In this document: positions 27,186 to 49,100 of the stretch, in pieces
How positions within the stretch are numbered: the first letter of the stretch is position 1
Layout: each line of letters opens with the position of its first letter
NCBI RefSeq assembly: GCF_003704095.1
Contig: NW_020844271.1
Coordinates: 1 to 64,000 of the forward strand
Length of the DNA: 64,000 nucleotides
Direction of reading: 5' to 3'
From: Pocillopora damicornis
Taxonomy: Eukaryota
The notes under the pieces: model-generated
Told to the model about the DNA's origin: nothing
Seen by the model: only the letters and a program-made list of their open reading frames with translations
Databases searched by the model: none
Translations under genes and position numbers: made by a program

Positions 27186-27426
27186 AGGCCTGGGTTGTTA
27201 AAAGCTGAGTTTAGAAAACGCAGGGTCAGTCTGAAAGTTGATTTCAGGTCTGGAAGCTTTAAAAAAAAATGCAGTTCAAATCTTTTTGCTTGCAATTTAA
27301 TCACTGGATGTTCTAGCGAGAATAGGGAAAATTGTCTCTGAAAGGTTTTTGAACAAAGGAATAAAGAAACCTGGATGAAAATTTACCCCTGAGTTAGCGC
27401 TAATCGGCCTTCGAACAACTGGGCCT
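27186..27426. mobile_element. Degenerate MITE
   Basis: Imperfect TIRs aggcctgggttgttaaaagc / gccttcgaacaactgggcct. Confidence 0.5.
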
Positions 27427-28278
27427 TGCAATTTATCATTTCCCTTCAGGTGCTTGAATGGCCTTGGTATTTCGGAAACTGATAAGCTCAAGGTAAAAGA
27501 ATTGTTGCTATGGTAAATTATGCAATTAACTGAATACCAAACGCCCTCTAGAAGGTCTTTCTGTGTAAATTGGATTTAAGATCAATACCGTTGCGGGATT
27601 CATAAGAGAGGATAAGGAAATGTTCTAAAAACAGCTTTAAAAAGTCAATGATTGAATTAAAAGGATCACTCACCTCTCGGTAAGTGAAAAGTTATTTATC
27701 CAACACATTGGGGTGAGCAATAAGAAACAAAACCTCACGGATTTCCAAGCTATTCAAGCCGATTCTTCCGTCATGTCTGATATTGAAAACAATCATCAGA
27801 TACACCTTCGTGGTCCTATAGAGCCTAAACTTCAAGAACTTCCGCATAATGAACAATTTGAAAACATCGGCTATACCGATTGTAACTCAACTCAAGATTT
27901 TTCAAAGACATCAGCCCACGAAAGCAGACATATTTTCTGTTGTCGCTTCTTTCCGCTGCTTGAAAGAGACCAAAAGAGAAAACCCTTCTACGATCGCAGT
28001 CCAGAGAGACCTAACGCCCTACATTACAGATCTGGCAACCGAACACACTGATTCCCCAGATCATATGAAACACATCTGCCAACATGGCAGAATTTAAAAA
28101 GTAAGGTAATACACTGTTTAACTTTCTGATGAAAGGATTTTATTCACGGTCTTTCCATTTTTAAAACTTAAACCTAAATTCTTCAATTTCGCTCTGTGTA
28201 AGCTGTTTTGATTTTATCGGCTTTAGATATTTACTGGTTATACAGCATTCTTGTTCTCTTATTTCTGATTTGCATTAC

Positions 28279-31716
<3,438 letters not shown>

Positions 31717-32239
31717 TCACTAATATTTACATAAAGCGTGGGTCAGAGGTCTTGATATCCTTGTGATATCCGCTCTCCGTAATGTCCCTGACGCCTTCAG
31801 TGTCATGAGTTAATGTGTTACATTCCAGCGGTTTGCGAACGTTGTCCAGAGTGTTCCTGGGAAAACGAGACACTTCTAAAAGTTTTCCAAATTTCCTATT
31901 CTTTCAGTCAAAGCTTTCCAAAACCTGTATTCATTCACTCTAGGTTTCCCGGCAAGATCTGCTGTCATTCACAAACCAACGAAGATTAGTCTTGTTAAAT
32001 TGTGTAATATCACTTGTTGTTGAAAATGTTGACACCAAATAATTTACGTTGGTAATTTCAAGTTGGGACTGAAGCTTTGTTCATGATTTGCATTTCCCTA
32101 TTCAGATTCTATGGAAGAATTGCCACCTAACTACCTTAGAGATACTGAATCATAGCCGTAATTATTGTTACTCAGAATCTACCATGACATCTAGACTTGC
32201 CATGGACAAGTCTCTTTTGAGTTCAACTTCTTTTCCACA

Positions 32240-32240
32240 A

Positions 32241-32279
<39 letters not shown>

Positions 32280-32285
32280 AATATA
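32240..32285. repeat. (AAT)n microsatellite
   Basis: Direct inspection. Confidence 0.9.
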
Positions 32286-33548
32286 ATAAAAATATTTCTC
32301 CCTTACGCGGGTTTCTTGAAACCTTACACCTTGAAAACCCCGAAAAACTCAGACATCTCATTCCATCTTTGCGCGATTTCATATCAAGTGTGCTCAACGA
32401 TTTAAGTCGTGGAATATGGTACGGCTATAATTTACCACATTTTAGTAAGAGTTAGTTTTAGTCTTTTCTAGTAGAGAGAAATAATGAGAAATATAAATAC
32501 AATTAGCTTTTTTTCGCGAAATGCAATATTGTACCATCCTAAAATAAATGTGGAGTGCGTGACACTTATAACAACACAGTGGTAAGTAATCAGATAACCG
32601 AATATTGTACTTCTTAAATGTATGGCTTAAAAAAAGACTGCAAAAGCAAAAGGTCCGAGTGCCCGGCGTGTGTAACGAACGTGGAAATGGCCACAACATC
32701 TGTTACGTTTCTTAATCAGTTACTTTCTTTCTAGTGTTTCATTTACGACACCGCTTTGTTTCTAAGAAAATAGTATGAATATTCATGTTACCTTCTTTGC
32801 TATTTTATCTTCATCCAAAGTCAATACAAAGGCATTTTATTCAGGTTGACATATTTATTTGTTAAGTGTTTTCCATGCAATAATAAGATTCTTCATGTGC
32901 GGTGTTCCGCCCCCAAAATGTATCACCCTGTACTTTGCCTCACACACAATTATGTTTTATCGCCCTTTGTTTCGATCGCTTCTCTATTGCAATTGATTTC
33001 TCCTATAAGGTCTATAAGTTAGTTTCATTTAGTTGTATTTGTTTTTAGTTTACGAGAAACATTGACCGCTGTAAAGGACTAAATTCAAGTCCAGTTCTTT
33101 TAACGCCTGCTAGTCTTTGTTACGCCGTATAGATGTAAATATCCTCTCATTAGCCAGCGACAAGTTTTGATCTTCAGTTAATGCTGAACATAACCGTCGC
33201 TTTGCTGCAAAAGCTTGCGTGAGATCCATTTAAGTATCCACCCAAGGTCACGGATTATTCATGACGCGTCAAACAGTAACTGCTCCATAAAATTTGCTTT
33301 GTTTAGTTCTTTTCCGCGGCACTTTTTTATTTCAGCTGTTAACATATGATTTCTTCCCTAAAACAATGTATGTGCAGGAGACGAACTTTATTCGTTTGTC
33401 TTACGATAGAGTCACTTTTGATGTGGATAGAGCGTCTTTAGATCGTACTAAGTGAGACCGAAATGTTTTGCAAGACTTGAAAACGGTCCGTATGCCTTGA
33501 TGTTTTAGGCAGCGGCGAAGAACCTATGATACACCCTTCATGTGTTTT

Positions 33549-34090
33549 ACGAGAGAAGGGATGGTATTATCTTTCTCGATTTCCATGGTAAAACGAATAG
33601 TAGGCTGTTAACTGTTTAGATGTAGTAAATTAAGATCTGGAAACGATGTGTAGATGACAATTTCACAGCCTTAGACAGGGACCATGTCGACGGCTTTTTG
33701 CAATATCTAAACAGTCAATAGCCTGCTATTCGTTTTTCCATGAAAATCGAGAAGGATAACACCATTCATTTTCTCGACACAACAGTTACAAGGGACTCAG
33801 ACGGTCTTCTCATTACCACTGTCTACAGAAAGCCCACCCACACTGACCAGTACTTAGCCTATGACTCTCACCAACCTCAGTCAGTGAAGCGTGGTGTTGT
33901 TAAGAGTCTATACGACCGAGCCAAACACCTCACAGCGAAACCGTCAGTTATCTCTGAGGAAAAGAAACACTAGTCATCATTACTTGTCTATAATGGTTGT
34001 CCTTCTTCGTTTGTACGAAAACTCGCAAAGATAACAAGGTTAACAGCCAACAAAGAACCTGCGCAGGAATTTAAATCTACTGAACTTCCC
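33549..34090 (+). mobile_element. Penelope-like retroelement RT fragment preceded by an inverted copy of part of itself
   Basis: WKRCVDD (YVDD variant) at 33638 and FLDTTVTR..TTVYRKPTHTDQYL.YDSH. 33549-33628 is the reverse complement of ~33698-33778. Confidence 0.8.
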
Positions 34091-34109
34091 GTGCGAAAGA
34101 ACTGCCGGT

Positions 34110-34505
34110 CATTGCAATTCCAGCCTTTGTGCTTATTACTCTCTTTTTTTATTTGGTTCGCTGATTTTGAAATTTCCACCTTTATAATAAATAGTATTTT
34201 CTTTCCTCATTGCCGTTGTGGTGCTTCCACGCTACTCGCTCTTGGTTGTGACAGTCCTCAAGGCAATTTCTTATTGTACATGCGCTGGGTAAATAATATT
34301 TCTAGCTTCCTAATTATAGAATACGCGTGCGAGTTTGTGGGTGTAATATCTTGAGTTTTTCCTTCTTCTAGTCCTTTTGATCTGTAGGTGCAATACGTTC
34401 GTCAGAGAAGCTCTAGCTTGAGGACAGGCTAGGAGAAGGTTCAATTTGTGGTCTATTTTCTTTTCCTTATTCTTATTTTAAAAAGTATGGTGTATTTTGA
34501 CATTC
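34110..34505 (+). pseudogene. Decayed duplicate of the TMX3 5' end (upstream region, exon 1 end, intron 1, exon 2)
   Basis: Aligns by eye to 46010-46408: gcgctgggtaaataatatttct vs gcgctaggtatatactatttct, and tctgtaggtgcaatacgttcgtc..gacaggctaggagaaggttcaatttgtggt vs tctgtaggtgcaatgcgttcgtc..gacaggttaggagaagattcaatttgtggt. ATG region missing; exon 2 donor GT>GC. Confidence 0.8.
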
Positions 34506-35843
<1,338 letters not shown>

Positions 35844-35879
35844 TTAGTTACTTGGGATGGGGGCTGGGAAAGGGGAAAA

Positions 35880-36340
35880 AAAAGCGACCGTAACCATTGA
35901 AAACGTCGTCTCTTGGAAATATTATTAGTTCCTATGCTTTATGTTGGCTGACATTTTTTTAATTCGCGTTTTAAATACAATAACATTTAAAAAACGGGAA
36001 GGAAGAGATCTTTTAAATAAATCTTGGTTTCACCGACAAAACTAAGCACGGCCAAGTCTTTTTTAACAAGGTAAAAAAACTATCGGGTAAAATGAATCTT
36101 TTCAGGTGGCTGGTTAGAAGACCTGTCTGGCCAGAACTTATCCCATTTTCAGTAGAACGGAATAACTGAGAGTATCATCCCTGTGGATGGCACAACAGTC
36201 AATTTTTTGGGTGACCCCAGGCCTTTGTAATCTTTCCCTGACAGTTTGCTGGTGCAAATGTGTACTCTTGGGTTGAAAGCTAGAGAGGTTTGGTGCAATA
36301 AAAGTGTCTTGCTGAACAATATGTCTTAATGACACATTCA
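35880..36340 (+). repeat. Paralog of TMX3 intron 2 (right end of the duplicated block)
   Basis: aggtggctggttagaa..cccattttcagtag..ggaataactg..tactcttggg..gctagagaggtttggtgcaa matches 46490-47070. Confidence 0.75.
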
Positions 36341-36358
36341 CACGTTTTTTTGTACCAC

Positions 36359-39928
<3,570 letters not shown>

Positions 39929-40517
39929 TTACGCAAGTCAATTGAAATAGTCTAGTGCAGTCAGCTTTCAGCTTGTGCCCGAGCCCAAAGTAAAGAGGTA
40001 GCCGCTTTCCTGGATCGACAAGACGTAGCGAGGTACAATTTTTTCCATAGGGGGCTGCTAATGGTGTTACAGGTAGCTGTGCCAGGGGCACAAACACGAG
40101 AGTCCGCTTGCAAGTTGAACAGAGAGGCGAGAATTATTGAACCAACAAGTTGTATCATTTATTCGTAATTTACATTTTAGTCTGTTAGTTAACGTTATTC
40201 AATTCATTTACATTAGAGACAAAGGTAACATTAAGCCCACTTTAATTCCCATGTTGGCAAAGCATATAGTTGAATATTTATTTATAACCCTTCTTTATTT
40301 TCACATCGCACGTAGACAGAAAGTTTTGTTTGTTTGTTTTTTTGTGCTTTTTGGACACAAGAACATCTACATCTACGTAATGCAAGAAGTTCAACCACAT
40401 TCTTGCCAAATATCTTATTTTTATATTTCGTACTTTTCGGAGAAGCTTTGAATATCAGCAGTTTCAAGGTTACTTCCTACCTTCAGAGGCCGAAAAAAAA
40501 AAAAAGAATTCAAACTT

Positions 40518-40654
40518 GGTAAAATTTCCGCACAGCCCCAACTTATTGTAAAACAAAACTGTTTTCCCAATGGCAATGTACTGTTTTTGTCATTGTTTTC
40601 TCTATGCAAGAACTGAATGCATAATATAGTATGGGGCTGTGCGGAAATTTTACC
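40518..40654. mobile_element. 137-bp MITE with perfect 23-bp TIRs and an 8-bp TSD (Merlin-like GGTAA ends)
   Basis: ggtaaaatttccgcacagcccca / tggggctgtgcggaaattttacc, flanked by tcaaactt at 40510-40517 and 40655-40662. Confidence 0.85.
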
Positions 40655-41299
40655 TCAAACTTTTTACCTAACTTTGCCAAGAGAAAGAGTTTAAAATATC
40701 CAAAAGTACCGAGTTCTTTGGAAAAACGTAACTTCTGATGAAAATTAATAAATCAGGAAGGTGTCATATCTCGTTACCTGGACGAGTCCCCTGAGGGAAT
40801 TTTCGCGGCCATCGCTCATTTTTTTAATGTTATTTGCATATTTTGTTTACATCGCGCACTTGACAAAATTTACACATGAAAGCTCTTTTTTTACGGAAAA
40901 TTCTTTGCTCTGGAAAAATCAAAAGCAGAAGAAGGTCCTTGATAAAAAAAAAAAAAAAAAAAAACACTTGTGGATAAGACTGTGCAGCCATTTTGCTTGT
41001 GCAGTGGCATCCAACCCGATAAATTCAATAGAAGAACTCTTGGTCGTTTCACGTCTTAAAGGCTCCTGACACTTCCTGAAAAGAAAACTCGCTAAAATCA
41101 TTTTTATCAAAAACCGCATTTGTTCAGCTTTATTCTGGTGTATAGATTTAGTCTCCACTACACAACAGATAACACAGTAGTGTACACCAAATAAGTTTAC
41201 TCAGGGAAGCCTGCCGAGAACCAACCCGAGGCATATATAGACTGACAAAGAATTGGGCAAGATGCACGAGGCTAGGTGATATTATACCCCTAAAAAGAA

Positions 41300-44200
41300 C
41301 ACGAAACCGCCCTCAGAGCCCAAGAAAACGCGATACTTCGAGTCGTTGTTCAAGATTATCGTCTACGTATGTCTTTGGCCTGTACCGATTTCCAACGACC
41401 ATGTCGTTGGAAAACCCCGTCGTTTACTCCATTATTTGCTACCATAGTGGCTCCTCCAGATCTTAGAGAATGCAAACCAAACTTGGACGGTTCAACTCCG
41501 AGACCTTGAAGGTCCCGGCGAAAAGGCCCTCTAATAGTAGAGTAACTAATTGGCTTATCGGGGTCAACAAGCTTACAAGAGCCCTTCCCTTTAGAAATGG
41601 GCCTGAAAATAAAATCTTTGGAATCAGGGGGTACCTTAAACATAACTAAATACCTCTTAAGCAACTTAACGGGGCATGCAGAACTAGACAATTAGTCAAG
41701 CGGTCCGTCCCAGAATGCCCAAAATCTAGAATGAAAAATATCTAAACGAGAGATAAAATAAGGCAAAGTGAGGAATACAATCCATCAAGGAATAACTAAA
41801 TAAATAGATAAATAAAAATAGAATAACCGGGAATAATCAAACTCCAACAGAGAATNNNNNNNNNNNNNNNNNNNNNNNNNNNNNNNNNNNNNNNNNNNNN
41901 NNNNNNNNNNNNNNNNNNNNNNNNNNNNNNNNNNNNNNNNNNNNNNNNNNNNNNNACTAATGGGCTTATCAGGGGCAACAAGCTTGCAAGAGCCCTTCCC
42001 TTTAGAAATGGGCTTGAAATAAAATCTTTGGAATCAGGGGGTATCTTAAACATTACTAAATACCTCTTAAGCAACTCAACGGGGAATACAGAACTAGACG
42101 ATTGTAAGATAATGACTTCAACGCCTTTACGGAGCTGGTCATTCTTGCTTTTCAAAACCTTAATAATCATGAAGCCTTCTTTAAAGGAAATATCTCTTCT
42201 TCTAATTCTAGACACATCGTCAAACCTAAAGAAACCGGCAAAAGATAAAACATACATAGAAACATTACGCAACTTTACAGGGTTATCTAAGTCTGATTTC
42301 TTAATGTCGTGGATTAAAAGGGCCGAAATAGGTTGTTTACGACTAAGGACACTGGTACCATGAACTCTTTTGGGCGCCGTACTCATGGCTTCAGCAATTG
42401 CGTCATCAGTTAGGGAGGGGATTCCTGCCAAGTCAGAGGCCCGTTTTAAGCCATAGAAAGCAGAATCGACCGCGCTAGGGGAGTGGGTTTCCACTAGAAG
42501 ACGCTAGATTAGTGGGTTTCCTCTAGAAGATGTTGTAAATACAAAACCACATGAAAAAAGCTAGCGAGAAAGGCTTTCCCGTTTAACTTATCATTTGCAA
42601 ACTGATTCCATCCGTAGAAAGCTCGGTTGTATACTATAAAAGTTCCATTTGCTTTGCAAGAGAGTACAGTCGTCTTCAGTCGATCTTTCAGTCCCTCAAG
42701 CAAGTCGTCAAGCGGTCCGTCCCGGAATGCCCAAAATCCCGAATGAAAAATATCCAAACGAGAGTTAAAATAAGGCAAAGTGAGGAGTACAATCCAACAA
42801 GAAATAACTAAATAAATAGATAAATGAAAATAGGATAACCGGGAATAATCAAACTCCAACAGAGAATACATAGACAACTGAAATCTGCAAAGTGGACCAC
42901 AAATGGGTTCCTTTCATTTCAAACAATGCTGAATAAATTCTTGACACAAACTCGTGTCATAACGCAATATTGACGAGCAATTCTATGATTTAAGTCACTT
43001 CAAGCCTGAGTAAGTGCCAAACAACCCATAAGCTAAGTACAAAGGACTTAGAGCAATTACGCTGGGATTGACTGAAACAAAATCATATTTGCACCCAGAA
43101 GAGAAAACGTCCGCGGTGAATACAAAAGCCCGCCGGGCTAGTTACAACGATCACAGTCTTTACTGAACTTCGTACAGAAGCCTACGTAAGCGCAGAAAGA
43201 TCTGGGGCGGCGAAAATCAATTCGAAGGGCTGTAGCATCAAAGTCCAGGGCCTGGAACCGAAAAGCGAGTTTCGGGTTTTCCCTCTAATAACTTGCTGAG
43301 GATTTTATAGTTTCTGACTTCATCAAACCGGCTGTGGAAAAAGTAGCGGACCCAAATCAGTTCGGAACGGTATTTGGATCATCCACTGTACTGGCACTCA
43401 TAAGCATGATACACAATTGGCTTGAAGCAACAGACGGAAACGGAGCGTCAGTTCGGGTCCTTCTTTTTGATTACCGAAAGGCCTTTGACCTAATAGATCA
43501 GTCCATCCTAATATCAAAACTGAATCAACTGGACATTCCGAAGAGCGTTATTAACTGGATAGTTGACTTCCTTTCAAATAGGTCTCAGAGAGTTAAACTT
43601 GGCAATGACTGTTTCTCTTAGTGGAGCAAAGTGCCTGCTGGAGTACCACAGGGAACCAAACTGGGCCCCTGGCTTTTCCTTTTAATGATAAACGATTTGT
43701 CAGTTTCGCTCGACATTTTTAATCTGTGGAAATACGTTGACGATACGACGGTATCAGAAACCGTCCCGAAAGGAAAGATTAGTCACGTGCAAAGTGCAGT
43801 TGACCAAGTACAGTCCTGGTCTGAGGAAAATCTATTTCAATTGAATTGCGCAAAAACCAAAGAACTGTTGATCAGCTTTAGCCCTCAATACCCCCATTTT
43901 CCCAAAACCAACGTGGACGGGGAACAAATTGAATCTGTGCAGTGTGTTAAACTTCTTGGACTCAATATTAATTCAACTCTAACTTGGAACAACCATATTA
44001 CAGAAATAATAAAGAAATCCAACTCAAAACACTATTTTTTGATTCAACTTAAGCGGGCTAAAGTACCTACAATCGATCTTGTAGCAATCTATTGCGCAAC
44101 CATCAGGTCCTGCCTAGACTACGCCTGCCCAGTGTTCCACCATGCACTTCCGAAATATCTACAAGTCGATATGGAGAGAGTGCAGAAAAGAGCCCTCGCA

Positions 44201-45690
44201 TGCATCTTCCCTGGAGCATCATACAAAGAAGCCCTCGATCAAGCAAACATCCCAAGCTTGAGAACCCACCAAGAACAGTTGACATCGACACTTTTCCGAT
44301 CAGTTTTAGAAAACAAAAACAACAAAATTCATTCTTTAATCCCAAAAAGTTATCAGGCTAATTACAATTTTAGGAAACAGAGGAATTTCAATCTTAATCG
44401 TTGTAAGACCGACAGAGCGGCAACAAGTTTCATAAATATGTGTTGCAGAAACAGTTTGTACAATTAATTAATGTGAAGTTACGCAATTCAGTTTTATCTG
44501 CAATGTAATTTNNNNNNNNNNNNNNNNNNNNNNNNNNNNNNNNNNNNNNNNNNNNNNNNNNNNNNNNNNNNNNNNNNNNNNNNNNNNNNNNNNNNNNNNN
44601 NNNNNNNNNNNNNNNNNNNNNNNNNNNNNNNNNNNNNNNNNNGGTGAATACACCCAGTCAATTACGAAACTGTTCCATTGCACACAGTCTCTACCAAATG
44701 AAGTCCAGAAGCAAGAGGACTTCCACATGGGAAGGATAACCGTTCCTCTCGCCTTACACAATTCCGTGTGCTTTACCACTCTAATTAATAGGTACACTGG
44801 AGGACAAATCCAATCATTATCGTGCCCCCAATCTTGGAAGAAGGCATCTACTACTACACAGCCATTCTGAAAAACTCTCAGTGTTAAATCTTGGTACCTT
44901 AGCGTTATAGGAACAAGCAAATCGGTCAACGGTGTGGGGCCCCCAAAACAGGTTAATTCTTTGAAAGATAGCTTCGTTAATGGTATAGTCATCATAATCG
45001 GTTNNNNNNNNNNNNNNNNNNNNNNNNNNNNNNNNNNNNNNNNNNNNNNNNNNNNNNNNNNNNNNNNNNNNNNNNNNNNNNNNNNNNNNNNNNNNNNNNN
45101 NNNCAACCCATAAGCTAAGTACAAAGGACTTGGAGCAATTACGCTGGGATTGACTGACACAAAATCGCATTTGCACCCAGAAGAGAAAAATTCCGCGGTG
45201 AATACAAAAGCTCGTCGGGCTAATTACAACGATCATAGTCTTTACTGAACTTCGTACAGAAGCCTACGTAAGCGCAGGGAGATCTAGGGCGGCGAAAATC
45301 AATTCGAAGGGCTATAACATCAAAGTTCAGGGGTCTGGAACCGAAAAGCGAGTTTCGGGCTTTCCCTCTGATAAAGAGACGTGGGAACTTGGGTAAAAAC
45401 ACGAAACTGTTCCAGTGCACACCGTCTCTACAAAATAAAGTCCAGAAGCAAGAGGACTTCCACAAGGGAAGGATAACCGTTCCTCTCGCCTTACACAATT
45501 CCATGTGCTTTACCACTCTAATTAATAGGCACACTGGAGGACAAATCCAATCATTATCGTGCTCCCAATCTTGGGAGAAGGCATCTACTGCTACACAGCC
45601 AGTCTGAAAAAATCTCAGTGTTAAATCTTGGTACCTTAGCGTTATAGGAACAAGCAAATCTGTCAACGGTGTGGGGCCCCCATGCAAATA
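41300..45690 (-). mobile_element. DIRS-type tyrosine-recombinase retrotransposon remnants (methyltransferase-like and YR regions), internally duplicated
   Basis: YR motifs FAGFFRFDD, KSKNDQLRKG, FGLHSLRSGGAT and HGRWKS. MT-like WGPHTVDRFA..DAFSQDW..WICPP..GTVILPLWKS lies upstream on the same strand. Confidence 0.85.
43290..44510 (+). mobile_element. 5'-truncated non-LTR retrotransposon (RT domain) nested in the DIRS element
   Basis: QFG..GSSTVLAL, DYRKAFD, GVPQGTKLGP and YVDD motifs. One in-frame TAG at 43619-43621 separates the two ORFs. Confidence 0.9.
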
Positions 45691-46128
45691 CCGACGTAGA
45701 CGAGGGTTACTGGGTGATTTTACGCCACGTGACGCAAAGTAGCCAATAGAATCGCGCAATGATAACTACTTGTAGCGTATAGCATCAATGAAACGTCGAT
45801 GAGATTGTTAATGCTTTGCAACAGCATAAAAGAATACACCTTTTACTTGAAACCTTGAAAACTGCAAACAGCAAACCTCAAAATAACGAAAAAAAAAATT
45901 GGTCATGTGGTTATCTATGCTATAAACTTCATACTTGACCTCTCTAAAACCGACTATCCCGTTCAGGATGATCTTGCAAAATTGCATCACACTGCTTCGT
46001 TCAATCCTTGGTAATTGTACCTTCAGCCTTTGCGCTATTTTTGGTTTGCTGATTTTGTTACTCGCTTCAGGCTATCACCAGACCTACTTGCGCGAAGACT
46101 GGGTCAAGGCTAATAACCAGCTGTCAAA

Positions 46129-49100
46129 ATGGCGATCAAGAATAGGCCCTCAATACAATTTCGGAGAATATTCTCTCTTACTTTCCTAGCGCTAGGTATA
46201 TACTATTTCTAACTACATGTGAATGGAATTCATGCACAATTTTGCGAGCGTGATCTTAATTTTTTCTTTCTTTCAGTCGTTTTGTTCTGTAGGTGCAATG
46301 CGTTCGTCAAAGAGCTTGACGACAGGTTAGGAGAAGATTCAATTTGTGGTTTATTTTCTTGTTCTTATTTTAAACGTTATGGTACTTTTATTGTTTTTAA
46401 CATTCTTGTGTACTTACCATGGGGTGCGGGATACAGAAAATGAAAGAAAAGAGGAAAATTAACAAAAGGACGACCTCGAACGACGGGAAACGGACAATTG
46501 ATTGGAGACGTCACTTCTTGGAAATCATATTGCTCCCTATTCTCTTTGTCATATGAATTAATGGGTTTTGACTTTGCGTTGTAAATGCAGTAACACTCGA
46601 AAAAGGGGAAAGGGGAAACCTTTCTAATGAATCTTGTGATCAACAAATCAAGCCCGGCCAATAATTTTCAATTGCTTAAGAGTTAACAAGAGGAGTAAAA
46701 TTGTAAGGCAACGTGAATCAGTTTAGGTGGCTAGTTAGAAAGCCCATACTGCTAGAGTTTAACCCATTTTCAGTAGCTTGGAATAACTGTGTATTTTTTC
46801 ATCCCATTGGATGGGACAACAGTGAATATTTGGGTTAGCCCCAGGGTTTTGTCATTTTTATAACCAGGTAATTTAGTATTCATTTATCAACTGAGTTGAT
46901 AATACAAAATTACTCTCCCACTGATGCAGTACTGCAGTTTCTTTAGAAAATTATCTCCTTTATTCTTTTGGCTTGTTTCCTTGGCTGTTTGCTATTACCC
47001 ACGTATACTCTTGGGCCGAGAGCTAGAGAGGTTTGGTGCAAGCAAAGTTTCTTGCTAAAGAACACAACTAAGGACTTGCACTGGAGGTTTTAATTAGAAT
47101 TGTGGGCTACTGACCACCATTCTACTAAACCGCCAGTTCTTCCAAATGAAGGTGTATTACCATCCTTTTAGTCTGAATTAAAAGTAATCTGTGATATTCT
47201 TTCCCTCTCACAGTTTTTCATCTCTGATGAATGAGGGTAGCTGGTTAGTTGAGGTATGGTCTCAATTCTTTTTTTTTAACCCTTTAACTCCCAAGATCTC
47301 ATCAGTAATTCTCCTTACTGTCTGCTATACAATTCTTCTAATGTTACTTTTGATAATTTGCTGTTGGATCAACTAATAATCCCCTAATTGATACTTCTGT
47401 CAGTTCTCGTCACTTGTCTTCTTGATTTTGTATTGATATTGTAAGGACTAAGACACTCGTGGGAGTTTCAGGGTTAATGAATTTGTTATCCACATGTCAA
47501 GGACAACAAAGGAGGCAATTTTTCTACATGTCTTCCCTCGTATACCGGTAATATGGCCACAAACTTCCTGGTTAAATCATGACCACTTTTGTCCAATACC
47601 TTAGTTATAGGCCTCTTCCAGTGTCTTGTTATCAGCAAAGTGGACCAAAAAATGCAGTACCTCAGTCTTTCCATTAATGCTTCATGTCTGTTAAGCTTTT
47701 GGAAATGTCTTTTAGTTCTATGCCCCATGGTGTGGTTACTGCAAGAAACTAGAGCCAATATGGGCTGAAGTAGGGAAAACTCTTTATGGATCACCTATTA
47801 GAGTTGGAAAATTAGATGCAACTAGATACTCAGGTAAAGATATTTGCAATGAAAACTTTCTTTTATTGCCATGGCTCTTTAAGGGTTAAATGTAGTTGTG
47901 CCTTTTTATGATTCCACTCATTCATTAGAAGGGGCAATTACTAAAAGGAAAACAAAATCTTTGGGTGTTGGGGTTAAGTCTGGCCTCTGCATTCACTCAG
48001 TTTTTTTTTTAAATTTGATTTGTACAATTAATTATTTTCAAATACTTGGTTATATTATCGTGTGATAAGAATAGATTAGAGTAGATAGCTTGATGTTCTT
48101 TACAATTTCTCATTCGGATTTCACTATTTAAGAAATTATCTCTATTCTGATTTTGTTTATTAGCATTAGCAAAACACTTTGGTATCAGAGGATTTCCTTC
48201 AATTAAATTGTAAGTAGCATCAGCAAACTATTAATAACACTAACTCAAAAACTACATTTTACATGCTACATGGAAATAAATTCAGGACAAAATTTTTTGT
48301 TTTAAACTTCAATCATGAACAAGATGTTTTAGATAATTACACAAATTGAAATTTGAATTTGCTTTATATAAATAAGTAAATTTATATATATATATATATA
48401 TATGTATATGTATATTTAAAAAAACCAAGAGAGACTCATTAGGCATGACCTTCAGCGATGAACCCTTTCTCTTCTACACTTCTTAAAATATCAAAGGACT
48501 TCTGTTCTTGGAAAAATAAAAAAAGTCTGAAAATTATAATCCCTTTATTTAACCCTTACTCCTTTGGATGGGATTTTTGAAGCTGATTTGTAGATTATGG
48601 TCATACCTTGCTAGATTGTACAGCTGTCTTATTTCTAAGGAACACTCCTAAGTATTTTCAATTTATCAATAGGTTACTAACTTGTTGTTCTACAATTTTT
48701 TGCTTGTGGTATAACAGTATTAAAGGAAAGAGAGTTTTAACATTTGAAGGTGAACGCACAGTCCAGGATTTTGTCCAATTTGCAGAGAAGGCAAACAGGT
48801 GAGATATGTTTGCTTCCCTGTCCTTGTGCTTCTAATTCTTTTACTCTCAGAAGTGATCAACATGAAGTTTCTCCTTGTAATATCCTTATATTATCCAGCA
48901 AACAGGTAATGAGAATACGCAGACTTATCAGGTGCAAGTTGCTATCTTGATCCAATACCAAATTCTCATAACTAATTTAAAAGAGAATGGGTAGCAGCTA
49001 GAAGGGAGAATTAAAATCAGATCTTGTGAGTTACAGGACTAATGCAAAATGTTTGACTGTGTGTTAGTCTGTCCAGTGACCCACTCAAAGTTGATATAAA

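Noticed and set aside
27713-28097. 112-aa and 82-aa ORFs between ZNRF and DSEL-A
   Set aside because: No recognisable motif or exon chain; probably DSEL-A 3' flank.
41577-45682. Internal direct repeats in the DIRS region read as split direct repeats or LTRs
   Set aside because: The repeats cover coding portions and abut ~100-N gaps; uncollapsed haplotypes or tandem fragments are equally likely.
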